A stretch of 64,000 bases of DNA from Eledone cirrhosa. Lineage: Eukaryota. Below are positions 1 to 15,300 of this stretch, piece after piece. Numbering within the stretch: the stretch's first letter is position 1; each line of letters opens with the position of its first letter. The notes under the pieces are model-generated. The model was given only the letters and a program-made list of their open reading frames with translations. It was not told the origin of the DNA and made no database searches. The stretch spans positions 342,240,001 through 342,304,000 of the forward strand of contig OZ024742.1 in the NCBI GenBank assembly GCA_964016885.1. Reading direction: 5' to 3'. The position numbers were made by a program, and so were the translations under genes.

Positions 1-3000
1 TGAAGTATGTGATCTACAGTGATATGAAGTATGTGATCTTCAGTGGTATGAAGTATGTGATATCCTGTGGTATGAAGTATGTGATCTCCATTGGTATGAA
101 GTATGTGATCTCCAGTGGTATGAAGTATGTGATCTCCAGTGGTATGAAGTATGTGATCTACAGTGGTATGAAGTATGTGATCTACAGTGGTATGAAGTAT
201 GTGATATCCTGTGGTATGAAGTATGTGATCTCCATTGGTATGAAGTATGTGATCTCCAGTGGTATGAAGTATGTGATCTCCAGTGGTATGAAGTATGTGA
301 TCTACAGTGGTATGAAGTATGTGATCTACAGTGGTATGAAGTATGTGATCTACAGTGGTATGAAGTATGTGATATCCTGTGGTATGAAGTATATGATCTC
401 CATTGGTATGAAGTATGTGATCTCCAGTGGTATGAAGTATGTGATCTCCAGTGGTATGAAGTATGTGATCTCCAGTGGTATGAAGTATGTGATCTACAGT
501 GGTATGAAGTATGTGATCTACAGTGGTATGAAGTATGTGATATCCTGTGGTATGAAGTATGTGATCTACAGTGGTATGAAGTATGTGATCTACAGTGGTA
601 TGAAGTATGTGATCTCCTGTGGTATGAAGTATGTGATCTCCAGTGGTATGAAATATGTGATCTACAGTGATATGAGGTATGTGATCTACAGTGGTATGAA
701 GTATGTGATCTCCTGTGATATGAAGTATGTGATCTACAGTGGTATGAAGTATGTGATCTACAGTGGTATGAAGTATGTGATCTCCAGTGGTATGAAGTAT
801 GTGATCTACAGTGGTATGAAGTATGTGATCTACAGTGGTATGATGTATGTGATCTCCAGTGGTATGAAGTATGTGATCTCCATTGGTATGAAGTATGTGA
901 TCTCCAGTGGTATGAAGTATGTGATCTACAGTGGTATGAAGTATGTGATCTCCAGTGGTATGAAGTATGTGATCTACAGTGGTATGAAGTATGTGATCTA
1001 CAGTGGTATGAAGTATGTGATATCCTGTGGTATGAAGTATGTGATCTCCTGTGGTATGAAGAATGTGATCTACATTGATATGAAGTATGTGATCTCCAGT
1101 GCTATGAAGTATGTGATCTACAGTGGTATGAAGTATGTCAGCTCCAGTGGTATGAAGTATGTGATCTCCAGTGGTATGAAGTATGTGATCTACAGTGGTA
1201 TGAAGTATGTGATCTCCAGTGGTATGAAGTATGTGATCTACAGTGGTATGAAGTATGTGATTTACAGTGGTATGCAGTATGTGATCTACAGTGGTATGAA
1301 GTATGTGATCTCCGGGTGTATGAAGTATGTGATCTACAGTGGTATGAAGTATGTGATCTCCAGTGGTATGAAGTATGTCAGCTCCAGTGGTATGAAGTAT
1401 GTGATCTACAGTGGTATGAAGTATGTGATCTACAGTGGTATGATGTATGTGATATCCAGTGGTATGAAGTATGTGATCTCCATTGGTATGAAGTATGTGA
1501 TCTGCAGTGATATGAAGTATGTGATCTACAGTGGTATGAAGTATGTGATCTTCAGTGGTATGAAGTATGTGATCTCCAGTGCTATGAAGTATGTGATCTA
1601 CAGTGGTATGAAGTATGTGATCTCCAGTGGTATGAAGTATGTGATCTCCAGTGGTATGAAGTATGTGATCTCCAGTGGTATGAAGTATGTGATCTCCAGT
1701 GGTGTGAAGTATGTGATCTCCAGTGGTATGAAGTATGTGATCTACAGTGGTGTGAAGTATGTGATCTACAGTGGTATGAAGTATGTGATATCCTGTGGTA
1801 TGAAGTATGTGATCTCCGTTGGTATGAAGTATGTGATCTCCAGTGGTATGAAGTATGTGATCTCCAGTGGTATGAAGTATGTGATCTCCAGTGGTATGAA
1901 GTATGTGATCGACAGTGGTATGAAGTATGTGATCTATAGTGGTATGAAGTATGTGACATCCTGTGGTATGAAGTATATGATCTCCATTGGTATGAAGTAT
2001 GTGATCTCCAGTGGTATGAAGTATGTGATCTCCAGTGGTATGAAGTATGTGATCTCCAGTGGTATGAAGTATGTGATCTACAGTGGTATGAAGTATGTGA
2101 TCTACAGTGGTATGAAGTATGTGATATCCTGTGGTATGAAGTATGTGATCTACAGTGGTATGAAGTATGTGATCTCCTGTGGTATGATGTATGTGATCTC
2201 CAGTGGTATGAAGTATGTGATCTACAGTGATATGAGGTATGTGATCTACAGTGGTATGAAGTATGTGATCTCCTGTGATATGAAGTATGTGATCTACAGT
2301 GGTATGAAGTATGTGATATAGAGTGGTATGAAGTATGTGATCTCCAGTGGTATGAAGTATGTGATCTACAGTGGTATGAAGTATGTGATCTACAGTGGTA
2401 TGATGCATGTGATCTCCAGTGGTATGAAGTATGTGATCTCCATTGGTATGAAGTATGTGATCTACAGTGGTATGGAGTATGTGATCTACAGTGGTATGAA
2501 GTATGTGATCTCCAGTGGTATGAAGTATGTGATCTACAGTGGTATGAAGTATGTGATCTACAGTGGTATGAAGTATGTGATCTCCAGTGGTATGAAGTAT
2601 GTGATCTCCAGTGGTATGAAGTATGTGATCTCCTGTGGTATGAAGTATGTGATCTACAGTGGTATGAAGTTTGTGATCTCCAGTGGTATGAATTATGTGA
2701 TCTACAGTGGTATGAAGTATGTGATATCCTGTGGTATGAAGTGTGTGATCTACAGTGGTATGAAGTATGTGATCTCCTGTGGTATGAAGTATGTGATCTC
2801 CAGTGGTATGAAGTATGTGATCTCCTGTGGCATGAAGAATGTGATCTACAGTGGTATGACATATGTGATCTCTAGTGGTATGAAGTATGTGATCTACAGT
2901 GGTATGAAGTAAGTCAGCTCCAGTGGTATGAAGTATGTGATCTACAGTGGTATGAATTATGTGATCTACAGTGGTATGAAGTATGTGATCTCCAGTGGTA

Positions 3001-5669
3001 TGAAGTATGTGATCTACAGTGGTATGAAGTATGTGATCTACAGTGGTATGAAGTATGTGATATCCTGTGGTATGAAGTATGTGATATCCTGTGGTATGAA
3101 GTATGTGATCTCCAGTGGTATGAAGTATGTGATCTCCAGTGGTATGAAGTATGTGATCTCCAGTGGTATGAAGTATGTGATCTACAGTGGTATGAAGTAT
3201 GTGATCTACAGTGGTATGAAGTATGTGATCTCCAGTGGTATGAAGTATGTGATCTCCGGTGGTATGAAGTATGTAATCTCCAGTGGTATGAAGTATGTGA
3301 TATCCTGTGGTATGAAGTATGTGATCTCCTGTGGTATGAGGTATGTGATCTACAGTGGTATGAAGTATGTGATATCCTGTGGTATGAAGTATGTGATATC
3401 CTGTGGTATGAAGTATGTGATCTCCAGTGGTATGAAGTATGTGATCTCCAGTGGTATGAAGTAAGTGATCTCCAGTGGTATGAAGTATGTGATCTCCAGT
3501 GGTATGAAGTATATGATCTTCAGTGGTATGAAGTATGTGATCTACAGTGGTATGAAGTATGTGATCTACAGTGTTATGAAGTATGTGATCTACAGTGGTA
3601 TGAAGTATGTGATCTACAGTGGTATGAAGTATGTGATCTACAGTGGTATGAAGTATGTGATCTACAGTGGTATGAATTATGTGATCTCCAGTGGTATGAA
3701 ATATGTCAGCTCCAGTGGTATGAAGTATGTGATCTACAGTGGTATGAAGTATGTGATCTACAGTGGTATGAAGTATGTGATCTCCAGTGGTATGAAGTAT
3801 GTGATCTACAGTGGTATGAAGTATGTGATCTCCAGTGGTATCAAGTATGTGATCTACAGTGGTATGAAGTATGTGATCTACAGTGGTATGAAGTATGTCA
3901 GCTCCAGTGGTATGATGTATGTGATCTCCAGTGGTATGAAGTATGTGATCTACAGTGGTATGAAGTATGTGATCTCCAGTGGTATGAAGTATGTGATCTC
4001 CAGTGGTATGAAGTATGTGATCTCCAGTGGTATGAAGTATGTGATCTCCAGTGGTATGAAGTATGTGATCTCCAGTGGTATGAAGTATGTGATCTACAGT
4101 GGTGTGAAGTATGTGATCTACAGTGGTATGAAGTATGTGATCTCCGTTGGTATGAAGTATGTGATCTCCAGTGGTATGAAGTATGTGATCTCCAGTGGTA
4201 TGAAGTATGTGATCTCCAGTGGTATGAAGTATGTGATCGACAGTGGTATGAAGTATGTGATCTATAGTGGTATGAAGTATGTGACATCCTGTGGTATGAA
4301 GTATGTGATCTCCTGTGGTATGAAGTATGTGATCTCCAGTGGTATGAAGTATGTGATCTACAGTGATATGAGGTATGTGATCTACAGTGGTATGAAGTAT
4401 GTGATCTCCTGTGATATGAAGTATGTGATCTACAGTGGTATGAAGTATGTGATATACAGTGGTATGAAGTATGTGATCTCCAGAGGTATGAAGTATGTGA
4501 TCTACAGTGGTATGAAGTATGTGATCTACAGTGGTATGATGTATGTGATCTCCAGTGGTATGAAGTATGTGATCTCCATTGGTATGAAGTATGTGATCTG
4601 CAGTGGTATGAAGTATGAGATCTCCAGTGGTATGAAGTATGTGATCTACAGTGGTATGGAGTATGTGATCTACAGTGGTATGAAGTATGTGATCTACAGT
4701 GGTATGAAGTATGTGATCTACAGTGGTATGAAGTATGTGATCTCCAGTGGTATGAAGTATGTGATCTCCAGTGGTATGAAGTATGTGATCTACAGTGGTA
4801 TGAAGTTTGTGATCTCCAGTGGTATGAAGTATGTGATCTACAGTGGTATGAAGTATGTGATCTCCTGTGGCATGAAGTATGTGATCTACAGTGGTATGAA
4901 GTTTGTGATCTCCAGTGGTATGAAGTATGTGATCTACAGTGGTATGAAGTATGTGATATCCTGTGGTATGAAGTATGTGATCTACAGTGGTATGAAGTAT
5001 GTGATCTGCTGTGGTATGAAGTATGTGATCTCCAGTGGTATGAAGTATGTAATCTCCTGTGGTATGAAGAATGTGATCTACAGTGGTATGAAATATGTGA
5101 TCTGCAGTGGTATGAAGTATGTGATCTACAGTGGTATGAAGTATGTCAGCTCCAGTGGTATGAAGTATGTGATCTCCAGTGGTATGAAGTATGTAATCTC
5201 CAGTGGTATGAAGTATGTGATATCCTGTGGTATGAAGTATGTGATCTCCTGTGGTATGAGGTATGTGATCTACAGTGGTATGAAGTATGTGATATCCTGT
5301 GGTATGAAGTATGTGATATCCTGTGGTATGAAGTATGTGATCTCCAGTGGTATGAAGTATGTGATCTCCAGTGGTATGAAGTAAGTGATCTCCAGTGGTA
5401 TGAAGTATGTGATCTCCAGTGGTATGAAGTATGTGATCTTCATTGGTATGAAGTATGTGATCTACAGTGGTATGAAGTATGTGATCTACAGTGTTATGAA
5501 GTATGTGATCTACAGTGGTATGAAGTATGTGATCTACAGTGGTATGAAGTATGTGATCTACAGTGGTATGAAGTATGTGATCTACAGTTGTATGAATTAT
5601 GTGATCTCCAGTGGTATTAAATATGTCAGCTCCAGTGGTATGAAGTATGTGATCTACAGTGGTATGAAG

Positions 5670-8600
5670 TATGTGATCTACAGTGGTATGAAGTATGTGA
5701 TCTACAGTGGTATGAAGTATGTGATCTACAGTGGTATGAAGTATGTGATCTACAGTGGTATGAAGTATGTGATCTACAGTGGTATGAAGTATGTCAGCTC
5801 CAGTAGTATGATGTATGTGATCTCCAGTGGTATGAAGTATGTGATCAACAGTGGTATGAAGTATGTGATCTCCTGTGGTATGAAGTATGTGATCTCCTGT
5901 GGTATGAAGTATGTGATCTCCTGTGGTATGAAGTATGTGATCTCCAGTGGTATGAAGTATGTGATCTCCAGTGGTATGAAGTATGTGATCTACAGTGGTA
6001 TGAAGTATGTGATCTACAGTGGTATGAAGTATGTGATATCCTGTGGTATGAAGTATGTGATCTACAGTGGTATGAAGTATGTGATCTACAGTGATATGAA
6101 GTATGTGATCTACAGTGGTATGAAGTATGTGATATCCTGTGGTATGAAGTATGTGATCTCCATTGGTATGAAGTATGTGATCTCCAGTGGTATGAAGTAT
6201 GTGATCTCCAGTGGTATGAAGTATGTGATCTACAGTGGTATGAAGTGTGTGATCTACAGTGGTATGAAGTATGTGATATCCTGTGGTATGAAGTATGTGA
6301 TCTCCATTGGTATGAAGTATGTGATCTCCAGTGGTATGAAGTATGTGATCTCCAGTGGTATGAAGTATGTGATCTACAGTGGTATGAAGTATGTGATCTA
6401 CAGTGGTATGAAGTATGTGATCTACAGTGGTATGAAGTATGTGATATCCTGTGGTATGAAGTATATGATCTCCATTGGTATGAAGTATGTGATCTCCAGT
6501 GGTATGAAGTATGTGATCTCCAGTGGTATGAAGTATGTGATCTCCAGTGGTATGAAGTATGTGATCTACAGTGGTATGAAGTATGTGATCTACAGTGGTA
6601 TGAAGTATGTGATATCCTGTGGTATGAAGTATGTGATCTACAGTGGTATGAAGTATGTGATCTACAGTGGTATGAAGTATGTGATCTCCTGTGGTATGAA
6701 GTATGTGATCTCCAGTGGTATGAAATATGTGATCTACAGTGATATGAGGTATGTGATCTACAGTGGTATGAAGTATGTGATCTCCTGTGATATGAAGTAT
6801 GTGATCTACAGTGGTATGAAGTATGTGATCTACAGTGGTATGATGTATGTGATCTCCAGTGGTATGAAGTATGTGATCTCCATTGGTATGAAGTATGTGA
6901 TCTCCAGTGGTATGAAGTATGTGATCTACAGTGGTATGAAGTATGTGATCTCCAGTGGTATGAAGTATGTGATCTACAGTGGTATGAAGTATGTGATATC
7001 CTGTGGTATGAAGTATGTGATCTCCTGTGGTATGAAGAATGTGATCTACATTGATATGAAGTATGTGATCTCCAGTGCTATGAAGTATGTGATCTACAGT
7101 GGTATGAAGTATGTCAGCTCCAGTGGTATGAAGTATGTGATCTCCAGTGGTATGAAGTATGTGATCTACAGTGGTATGAAGTATGTGATCTCCAGTGGTA
7201 TGAAGTATGTGATCTACAGTGGTATGAAGTATGTGATCTACAGTGGTATGAAGTATGTGATATCCTGTGGTATGAAGTATGTGATATCCTGTGGTATGAA
7301 GTATGTGATCTACAGTGGTATGAAGTATGTGATCTCCTGTGATATGAAGTATGTCATCTACAGTGGTATGCAGTATGTGATCTACAGTGGTATGAAGTAT
7401 GTGATCTCCGGGTGTATGAAGTATGTGATCTACAGTGGTATGAAGTATGTGATCTCCAGTGGTATGAAGTATGTCAGCTCCAGTGGTATGAAGTATGTGA
7501 TCTACAGTGGTATGAAGTATGTGATCTACAGTGGTATGATGTATGTGATATCCAGTGGTATGAAGTATGTGATCTCCATTGGTATGAAGTATGTGATCTG
7601 CAGTGATATGAAGTATGTGATCTACAGTGGTATGAAGTATGTGATCTTCAGTGGTATGAAGTATGTGATCTCCAGTGCTATGAAGTATGTGATCTACAGT
7701 GGTATGAAGTATGTGATCTCCAGTGGTATGAAGTATGTGATCTCCAGTGGTATGAAGTATGTGATCTCCAGTGGTATGAAGTATGTGATCTCCAGTGGTG
7801 TGAAGTATGTGATCTCCAGTGGTATGAAGTATGTGATCTACAGTGGTGTGAAGTATGTGATCTACAGTGGTATGAAGTATGTGATATCCTGTGGTATGAA
7901 GTATGTGATCTCCGTTGGTATGAAGTATGTGATCTCCAGTGGTATGAAGTATGTGATCTCCAGTGGTATGAAGTATGTGATCTCCAGTGGTATGAAGTAT
8001 GTGATCGACAGTGGTATGAAGTATGTGATCTATAGTGGTATGAAGTATGTGACATCCTGTGGTATGAAGTATATGATCTCCATTGGTATGAAGTATGTGA
8101 TCTCCAGTGGTATGAAGTATGTGATCTCCAGTGGTATGAAGTATGTGATCTCCAGTGGTATGAAGTATGTGATCTACAGTGGTATGAAGTATGTGATCTA
8201 CAGTGGTATGAAGTATGTGATATCCTGTGGTATGAAGTATGTGATCTACAGTGGTATGAAGTATGTGATCTCCTGTGGTATGATGTATGTGATCTCCAGT
8301 GGTATGAAGTATGTGATCTACAGTGATATGAGGTATGTGATCTACAGTGGTATGAAGTATGTGATCTCCTGTGATATGAAGTATGTGATCTACAGTGGTA
8401 TGAAGTATGTGATATAGAGTGGTATGAAGTATGTGATCTCCAGTGGTATGAAGTATGTGATCTACAGTGGTATGAAGTATGTGATCTACAGTGGTATGAT
8501 GTATGTGATCTCCAGTGGTATGAAGTATGTGATCTCCATTGGTATGAAGTATGTGATCTACAGTGGTATGGAGTATGTGATCTCCAGTGGTATGAAGTAT

Positions 8601-11600
8601 GTGATCTCCAGTGGTATGAAGTATGTGATCTACAGTGGTATGAAGTATGTGATCTACAGTGGTATGAAGTATGTGATCTCCAGTGGTATGAAGTATGTGA
8701 TCTCCAGTGGTATGAAGTATGTGATCTCCTGTGGTATGAAGTATGTGATCTACAGTGGTATGAAGTTTGTGATCTCCAGTGGTATGAAGTATGTGATCTA
8801 CAGTGGTATGAAGTATGTGATATCCTGTGGTATGAAGTGTGTGATCTACAGTGGTATGAAGTATGTGATCTCCTGTGGTATGAAGTATGTGATCTCCAGT
8901 GGTATGAAGTATGTGATCTCCTGTGGCATGAAGAATGTGATCTACAGTGGTATGACATATGTGATCTCTAGTGGTATGAAGTATGTGATCTACAGTGGTA
9001 TGAAGTATGTGATCTACAGTGGTATGAAGTATGTGATCTCCAGTGGTATGAAGTATGTGATCTACAGTGGTATGAAGTATGTGATCTACAGTGGTATGAA
9101 GTATGTGATCTACAGTGGTATGAAGTATGTCAGCTCCAGTGGTATGATGTATGTGATCTCCAGTGGTATGAAGTATGTGATCAACAGTGGTATGAAGTAT
9201 GTGATCTCCTGTGGTATGAAGTATGTGATCTCCTGTGGTATGAAGTATGTGATCTCCTGTGGTATGAAGTATGTGATCTCCAGTGGTATGAAGTATGTGA
9301 TCTCCAGTGGTATGAAGTATGTGATCTACAGTGGTATGAAGTATGTGATCTACAGTGGTATGAAGTATGTGATATCCTGTGGTATGAAGTATGTGATCTA
9401 CAGTGGTATGAAGTATGTGATCTACAGTGATATGAAGTATGTGATCTACAGTGGTATGAAGTATGTGATATCCTGTGGTATGAAGTATGTGATCTCCATT
9501 GGTATGAAGTATGTGATCTCCAGTGGTATGAAGTATGTGATCTCCAGTGGTATGAAGTATGTGATCTACAGTGGTATGAAGTGTGTGATCTACAGTGGTA
9601 TGAAGTATGTGATATCCTGTGGTATGAAGTATGTGATCTCCATTGGTATGAAGTATGTGATCTCCAGTGGTATGAAGTATGTGATCTCCAGTGGTATGAA
9701 GTATGTGATCTACAGTGGTATGAAGTATGTGATCTACAGTGGTATGAAGTATGTGATCTACAGTGGTATGAAGTATGTGATATCCTGTGGTATGAAGTAT
9801 ATGATCTCCATTGGTATGAAGTATGTGATCTCCAGTGGTATGAAGTATGTGATCTCCAGTGGTATGAAGTATGTGATCTCCAGTGGTATGAAGTATGTGA
9901 TCTACAGTGGTATGAAGTATGTGATCTACAGTGGTATGAAGTATGTGATATCCTGTGGTATGAAGTATGTGATCTACAGTGGTATGAAGTATGTGATCTA
10001 CAGTGGTATGAAGTATGTGATCTCCTGTGGTATGAAGTATGTGATCTCCAGTGGTATGAAATATGTGATCTACAGTGATATGAGGTATGTGATCTACAGT
10101 GGTATGAAGTATGTGATCTCCTGTGATATGAAGTATGTGATCTACAGTGGTATGAAGTATGTGATCTACAGTGGTATGATGTATGTGATCTCCAGTGGTA
10201 TGAAGTATGTGATCTCCATTGGTATGAAGTATGTGATCTCCAGTTGTATGAAGTATGTGATCTACAGTGGTATGAAGTATGTGATCTCCAGTGGTATGAA
10301 GTATGTGATCTACAGTGGTATGAAGTATGTGATATCCTGTGGTATGAAGTATGTGATCTCCTGTGGTATGAAGAATGTGATCTACATTGATATGAAGTAT
10401 GTGATCTCCAGTGCTATGAAGTATGTGATCTACAGTGGTATGAAGTATGTCAGCTCCAGTGGTATGAAGTATGTGATCTCCAGTGGTATGAAGTATGTGA
10501 TCTACAGTGGTATGAAGTATGTGATCTCCAGTGGTATGAAGTATGTGATCTACAGTGGTATGAAGTATGTGATCTACAGTGGTATGAAGTATGTGATATC
10601 CTGTGGTATGAAGTATGTGATATCCTGTGGTATGAAGTATGTGATCTACAGTGGTATGAAGTATGTGATCTCCTGTGATATGAAGTATGTCATCTACAGT
10701 GGTATGCAGTATGTGATCTACAGTGGTATGAAGTATGTGATCTCCGGGTGTATGAAGTATGTGATCTACAGTGGTATGAAGTATGTGATCTCCAGTGGTA
10801 TGAAGTATGTCAGCTCCAGTGGTATGAAGTATGTGATCTACAGTGGTATGAAGTATGTGATCTACAGTGGTATGATGTATGTGATATCCAGTGGTATGAA
10901 GTATGTGATCTCCATTGGTATCAAGTATGTGATCTGCAGTGATATGAAGTATGTGATCTACAGTGGTATGAAGTATGTGATCTTCAGTGGTATGAAGTAT
11001 GTGATCTCCAGTGCTATGAAGTATGTGATCTACAGTGGTATGAAGTATGTGATCTCCAGTGGTATGAAGTATGTGATCTCCAGTGGTATGAAGTATGTGA
11101 TCTCCAGTGGTATGAAGTATGTGATCTCCAGTGGTGTGAAGTATGTGATCTCCAGTGGTATGAAGTATGTGATCTACAGTGGTGTGAAGTATGTGATCTA
11201 CAGTGGTATGAAGTATGTGATATCCTGTGGTATGAAGTATGTGATCTCCGTTGGTATGAAGTATGTGATCTCCAGTGGTATGAAGTATGTGATCTCCAGT
11301 GGTATGAAGTATGTGATCTCCAGTGGTATGAAGTATGTGATCGACAGTGGTATGAAGTATGTGATCTATAGTGGTATGAAGTATGTGACATCCTGTGGTA
11401 TGAAGTATATGATCTCCATTGGTATGAAGTATGTGATCTCCAGTGGTATGAAGTATGTGATCTCCAGTGGTATGAAGTATGTGATCTCCAGTGGTATGAA
11501 GTATGTGATCTACAGTGGTATGAAGTATGTGATCTACAGTGGTATGAAGTATGTGATATCCTGTGGTATGAAGTATGTGATCTACAGTGGTATGAAGTAT

Positions 11601-12341
11601 GTGATCTCCTGTGGTATGATGTATGTGATCTCCAGTGGTATGAAGTATGTGATCTACAGTGATATGAGGTATGTGATCTACAGTGGTATGAAGTATGTGA
11701 TCTCCTGTGATATGAAGTATGTGATCTACAGTGGTATGAAGTATGTGATATAGAGTGGTATGAAGTATGTGATCTCCAGTGGTATGAAGTATGTGATCTA
11801 CAGTGGTATGAAGTATGTGATCTACAGTGGTATGATGTATGTGATCTCCAGTGGTATGAAGTATGTGATCTCCATTGGTATGAAGTATGTGATCTACAGT
11901 GGTATGGAGTATGTGATCTCCAGTGGTATGAAGTATGTGATCTCCAGTGGTATGAAGTATGTGATCTACAGTGGTATGAAGTATGTGATCTACAGTGGTA
12001 TGAAGTATGTGATCTCCAGTGGTATGAAGTATGTGATCTCCAGTGGTATGAAGTATGTGATCTCCTGTGGTATGAAGTATGTGATCTACAGTGGTATGAA
12101 GTTTGTGATCTCCAGTGGTATGAAGTATGTGATCTACAGTGGTATGAAGTATGTGATATCCTGTGGTATGAAGTGTGTGATCTACAGTGGTATGAAGTAT
12201 GTGATCTCCTGTGGTATGAAGTATGTGATCTCCAGTGGTATGAAGTATGTGATCTCCTGTGGCATGAAGAATGTGATCTACAGTGGTATGACATATGTGA
12301 TCTCTAGTGGTATGAAGTATGTGATCTACAGTGGTATGAAG
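5670..12341. repeat. Tandem block duplication, period 3,336 bp (139 monomers), 2 copies
   Basis: Markers recur at +3336: ORF starts 6245/9581, 7412/10748 and 8424/11760, TAG 8417/11753, GAC variant 8007/11343. A few substitutions separate the copies (e.g. 10245, 10922). Boundaries approximate. Confidence 0.92.
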
Positions 12342-15300
12342 TAAGTCAGCTCCAGTGGTATGAAGTATGTGATCTACAGTGGTATGAATTATGTGATCTA
12401 CAGTGGTATGAAGTATGTGATCTCCAGTGGTATGAAGTATGTGATCTACAGTGGTATGAAGTATGTGATCTACAGTGGTATGAAGTATGTGATATCCTGT
12501 GGTATGAAGTATGTGATATCCTGTGGTATGAAGTATGTGATCTCCAGTGGTATGAAGTATGTGATCTCCAGTGGTATGAAGTATGTGATCTCCAGTGGTA
12601 TGAAGTATGTGATCTACAGTGGTATGAAGTATGTGATCTACAGTGGTATGAAGTATGTGATCTCCAGTGGTATGAAGTATGTGATCTCCGGTGGTATGAA
12701 GTATGTAATCTCCAGTGGTATGAAGTATGTGATATCCTGTGGTATGAAGTATGTGATCTCCTGTGGTATGAGGTATGTGATCTACAGTGGTATGAAGTAT
12801 GTGATATCCTGTGGTATGAAGTATGTGATATCCTGTGGTATGAAGTATGTGATCTCCAGTGGTATGAAGTATGTGATCTCCAGTGGTATGAAGTAAGTGA
12901 TCTCCAGTGGTATGAAGTATGTGATCTCCAGTGGTATGAAGTATATGATCTTCAGTGGTATGAAGTATGTGATCTACAGTGGTATGAAGTATGTGATCTA
13001 CAGTGTTATGAAGTATGTGATCTACAGTGGTATGAAGTATGTGATCTACAGTGGTATGAAGTATGTGATCTACAGTGGTATGAAGTATGTGATCTACAGT
13101 GGTATGAATTATGTGATCTCCAGTGGTATGAAATATGTCAGCTCCAGTGGTATGAAGTATGTGATCTACAGTGGTATGAAGTATGTGATCTACAGTGGTA
13201 TGAAGTATGTGATCTCCAGTGGTATGAAGTATGTGATCTACAGTGGTATGAAGTATGTGATCTCCAGTGGTATGAAGTATGTGATCTACAGTGGTATGAA
13301 GTATGTGATCTACAGTGGTATGAAGTATGTCAGCTCCAGTGGTATGATGTATGTGATCTCCAGTGGTATGAAGTATGTGATCAACAGTGGTATGAAGTAT
13401 GTGATCTCCTGTGGTATGAAGTATGTGATCTCCTGTGGTATGAAGTATGTGATCTCCAGTGGTATGAAGTATGTGATCTAAAGTGGTATGAAGTATGTGA
13501 TCTACAGTGGTATGAAGTATGTGACATCCTGTGGTATGAAGTATATGATCTCCATTGGTATGAAGTATGTGATCTCCAGTGGTATGAAGTATGTGATCTC
13601 CAGTGGTATGAAGTATGTGATCTCCAGTGGTATGAAGTATGTGATCTACAGTGGTATGAAGTATGTGATCTACAGTGGTATGAAGTATGTGATATCCTGT
13701 GGTATGAAGTATGTGATCTACAGTGGTATGAAGTATGTGATCTACAGTGGTATGAAGTATGTGATCTCCTGTGGTATGAAGTATGTGATCTCCAGTGGTA
13801 TGAAGTATGTGATCTACAGTGATATGAGGTATGTGATCTACAGTGGTATGAAGTATGTGATCTCCTGTGACATGAAGTATGTGATCTACAGTGGTATGAA
13901 GTATGTGATCTACAGTGGTATGAAGTATGTGATCTACAGTGGTATGATGTATGTGATCTCCAGTGGTATGAAGTATGTGATCTCCATTGGTATGAAGTAT
14001 GTGATCTCCATTGGTATGAAGTATGTGATCTACAGTGGTATGAAGTATGTGATCTCCAGTGGTATGAAGTATGTGATCTACAGTGGTATGAAGTATGTGA
14101 TCTACAGTGGTATGAAGTATGTGATCTACAGTGGTATGAAGTATGTGATCTACAGTGGTATGAAGTATGTGATCTCCAGTGGTATGAAGTATGTGATCTC
14201 CAGTGGTATGAAGTATGTGATCTCCTGTGGTATGAAGTATGTGATCTACAGTGGTATGAAGTTTGTGATCTCCAGTGGTATGTAGTATGTGATCTACAGT
14301 GGTATGAAGTATGTGATATCCTGTGGTATGAAGTGTGTGATCTACAGTGGTATGAAGTATGTGATCTCCTGTGGTATGAAGTATGTGATCTCCAGTGGTA
14401 TGAAGTATGTGATCTCCTGTGGTATGAAGAATGTGATCTACAGTGGTATGAAATATGTGATCTCCAGTGGTATGAAGTATGTGATCTACAGTGGTATGAA
14501 GTATGTCAGCTCCAGTGGTATGAAGTGTGTGATCTCCAGTGGTATGAAGTATGTGATCTACAGTGGTATGAAGTATGTGATCTCCAGTGGTATGAAGTAT
14601 GTGATCTACAGTGGTATGAAGTATGTGATCTACAGTGGTATGAAGTATGTGATATCCTGTGGTATGAAGTATGTGATATCCTGTGGTATGAAGTATGTGA
14701 TCTCCAGTGGTATGAAGTATGTGATCTCCAGTGGTATGAAGTATGTGATCTCCAGTGGTATGAAGTATGTGATCTACAGTGGTATGAAGTATGTGATCTC
14801 CAGTGGTATGAAGTATGTGATCTCCAGTGGTATGAAGTATGTGATCTCCAGTGGTATGAAGTATGTAATCTCCAGTGGTATGAAGTATGTGATATCCTGT
14901 GGTATGAAGTATGTGATCTCCTGTGGAATGAGGTATGTGATCTACAGTGCTATGAAGTATGTGATATCCTGTGGTATGAAGTATGTGATATCCTGTGGTA
15001 TGAAGTATGTGATCTCCAGTGGTATGAAGTATGTGATCTCCAGTGGTATGAAGATTGTGATCTCCAGTGGTATGAAGTATGTGATCTCCAGTGGTATGAA
15101 GTATGTGATCTTCAGTGGTATGAAGTATGTGATCTACAGTGGTATGAAGTATGTCATCTACAGTGGTATGAAGTATGTCATCTACAGTGGTATGAAGTAT
15201 GTCATCTAAAGTGGTATGAAGTATGTGATCTACAGTGGTATGAAGTATGTGAACTACAGTGGTATGAATTATGTGATCTCCAGTGGTATGAAATATGTCA

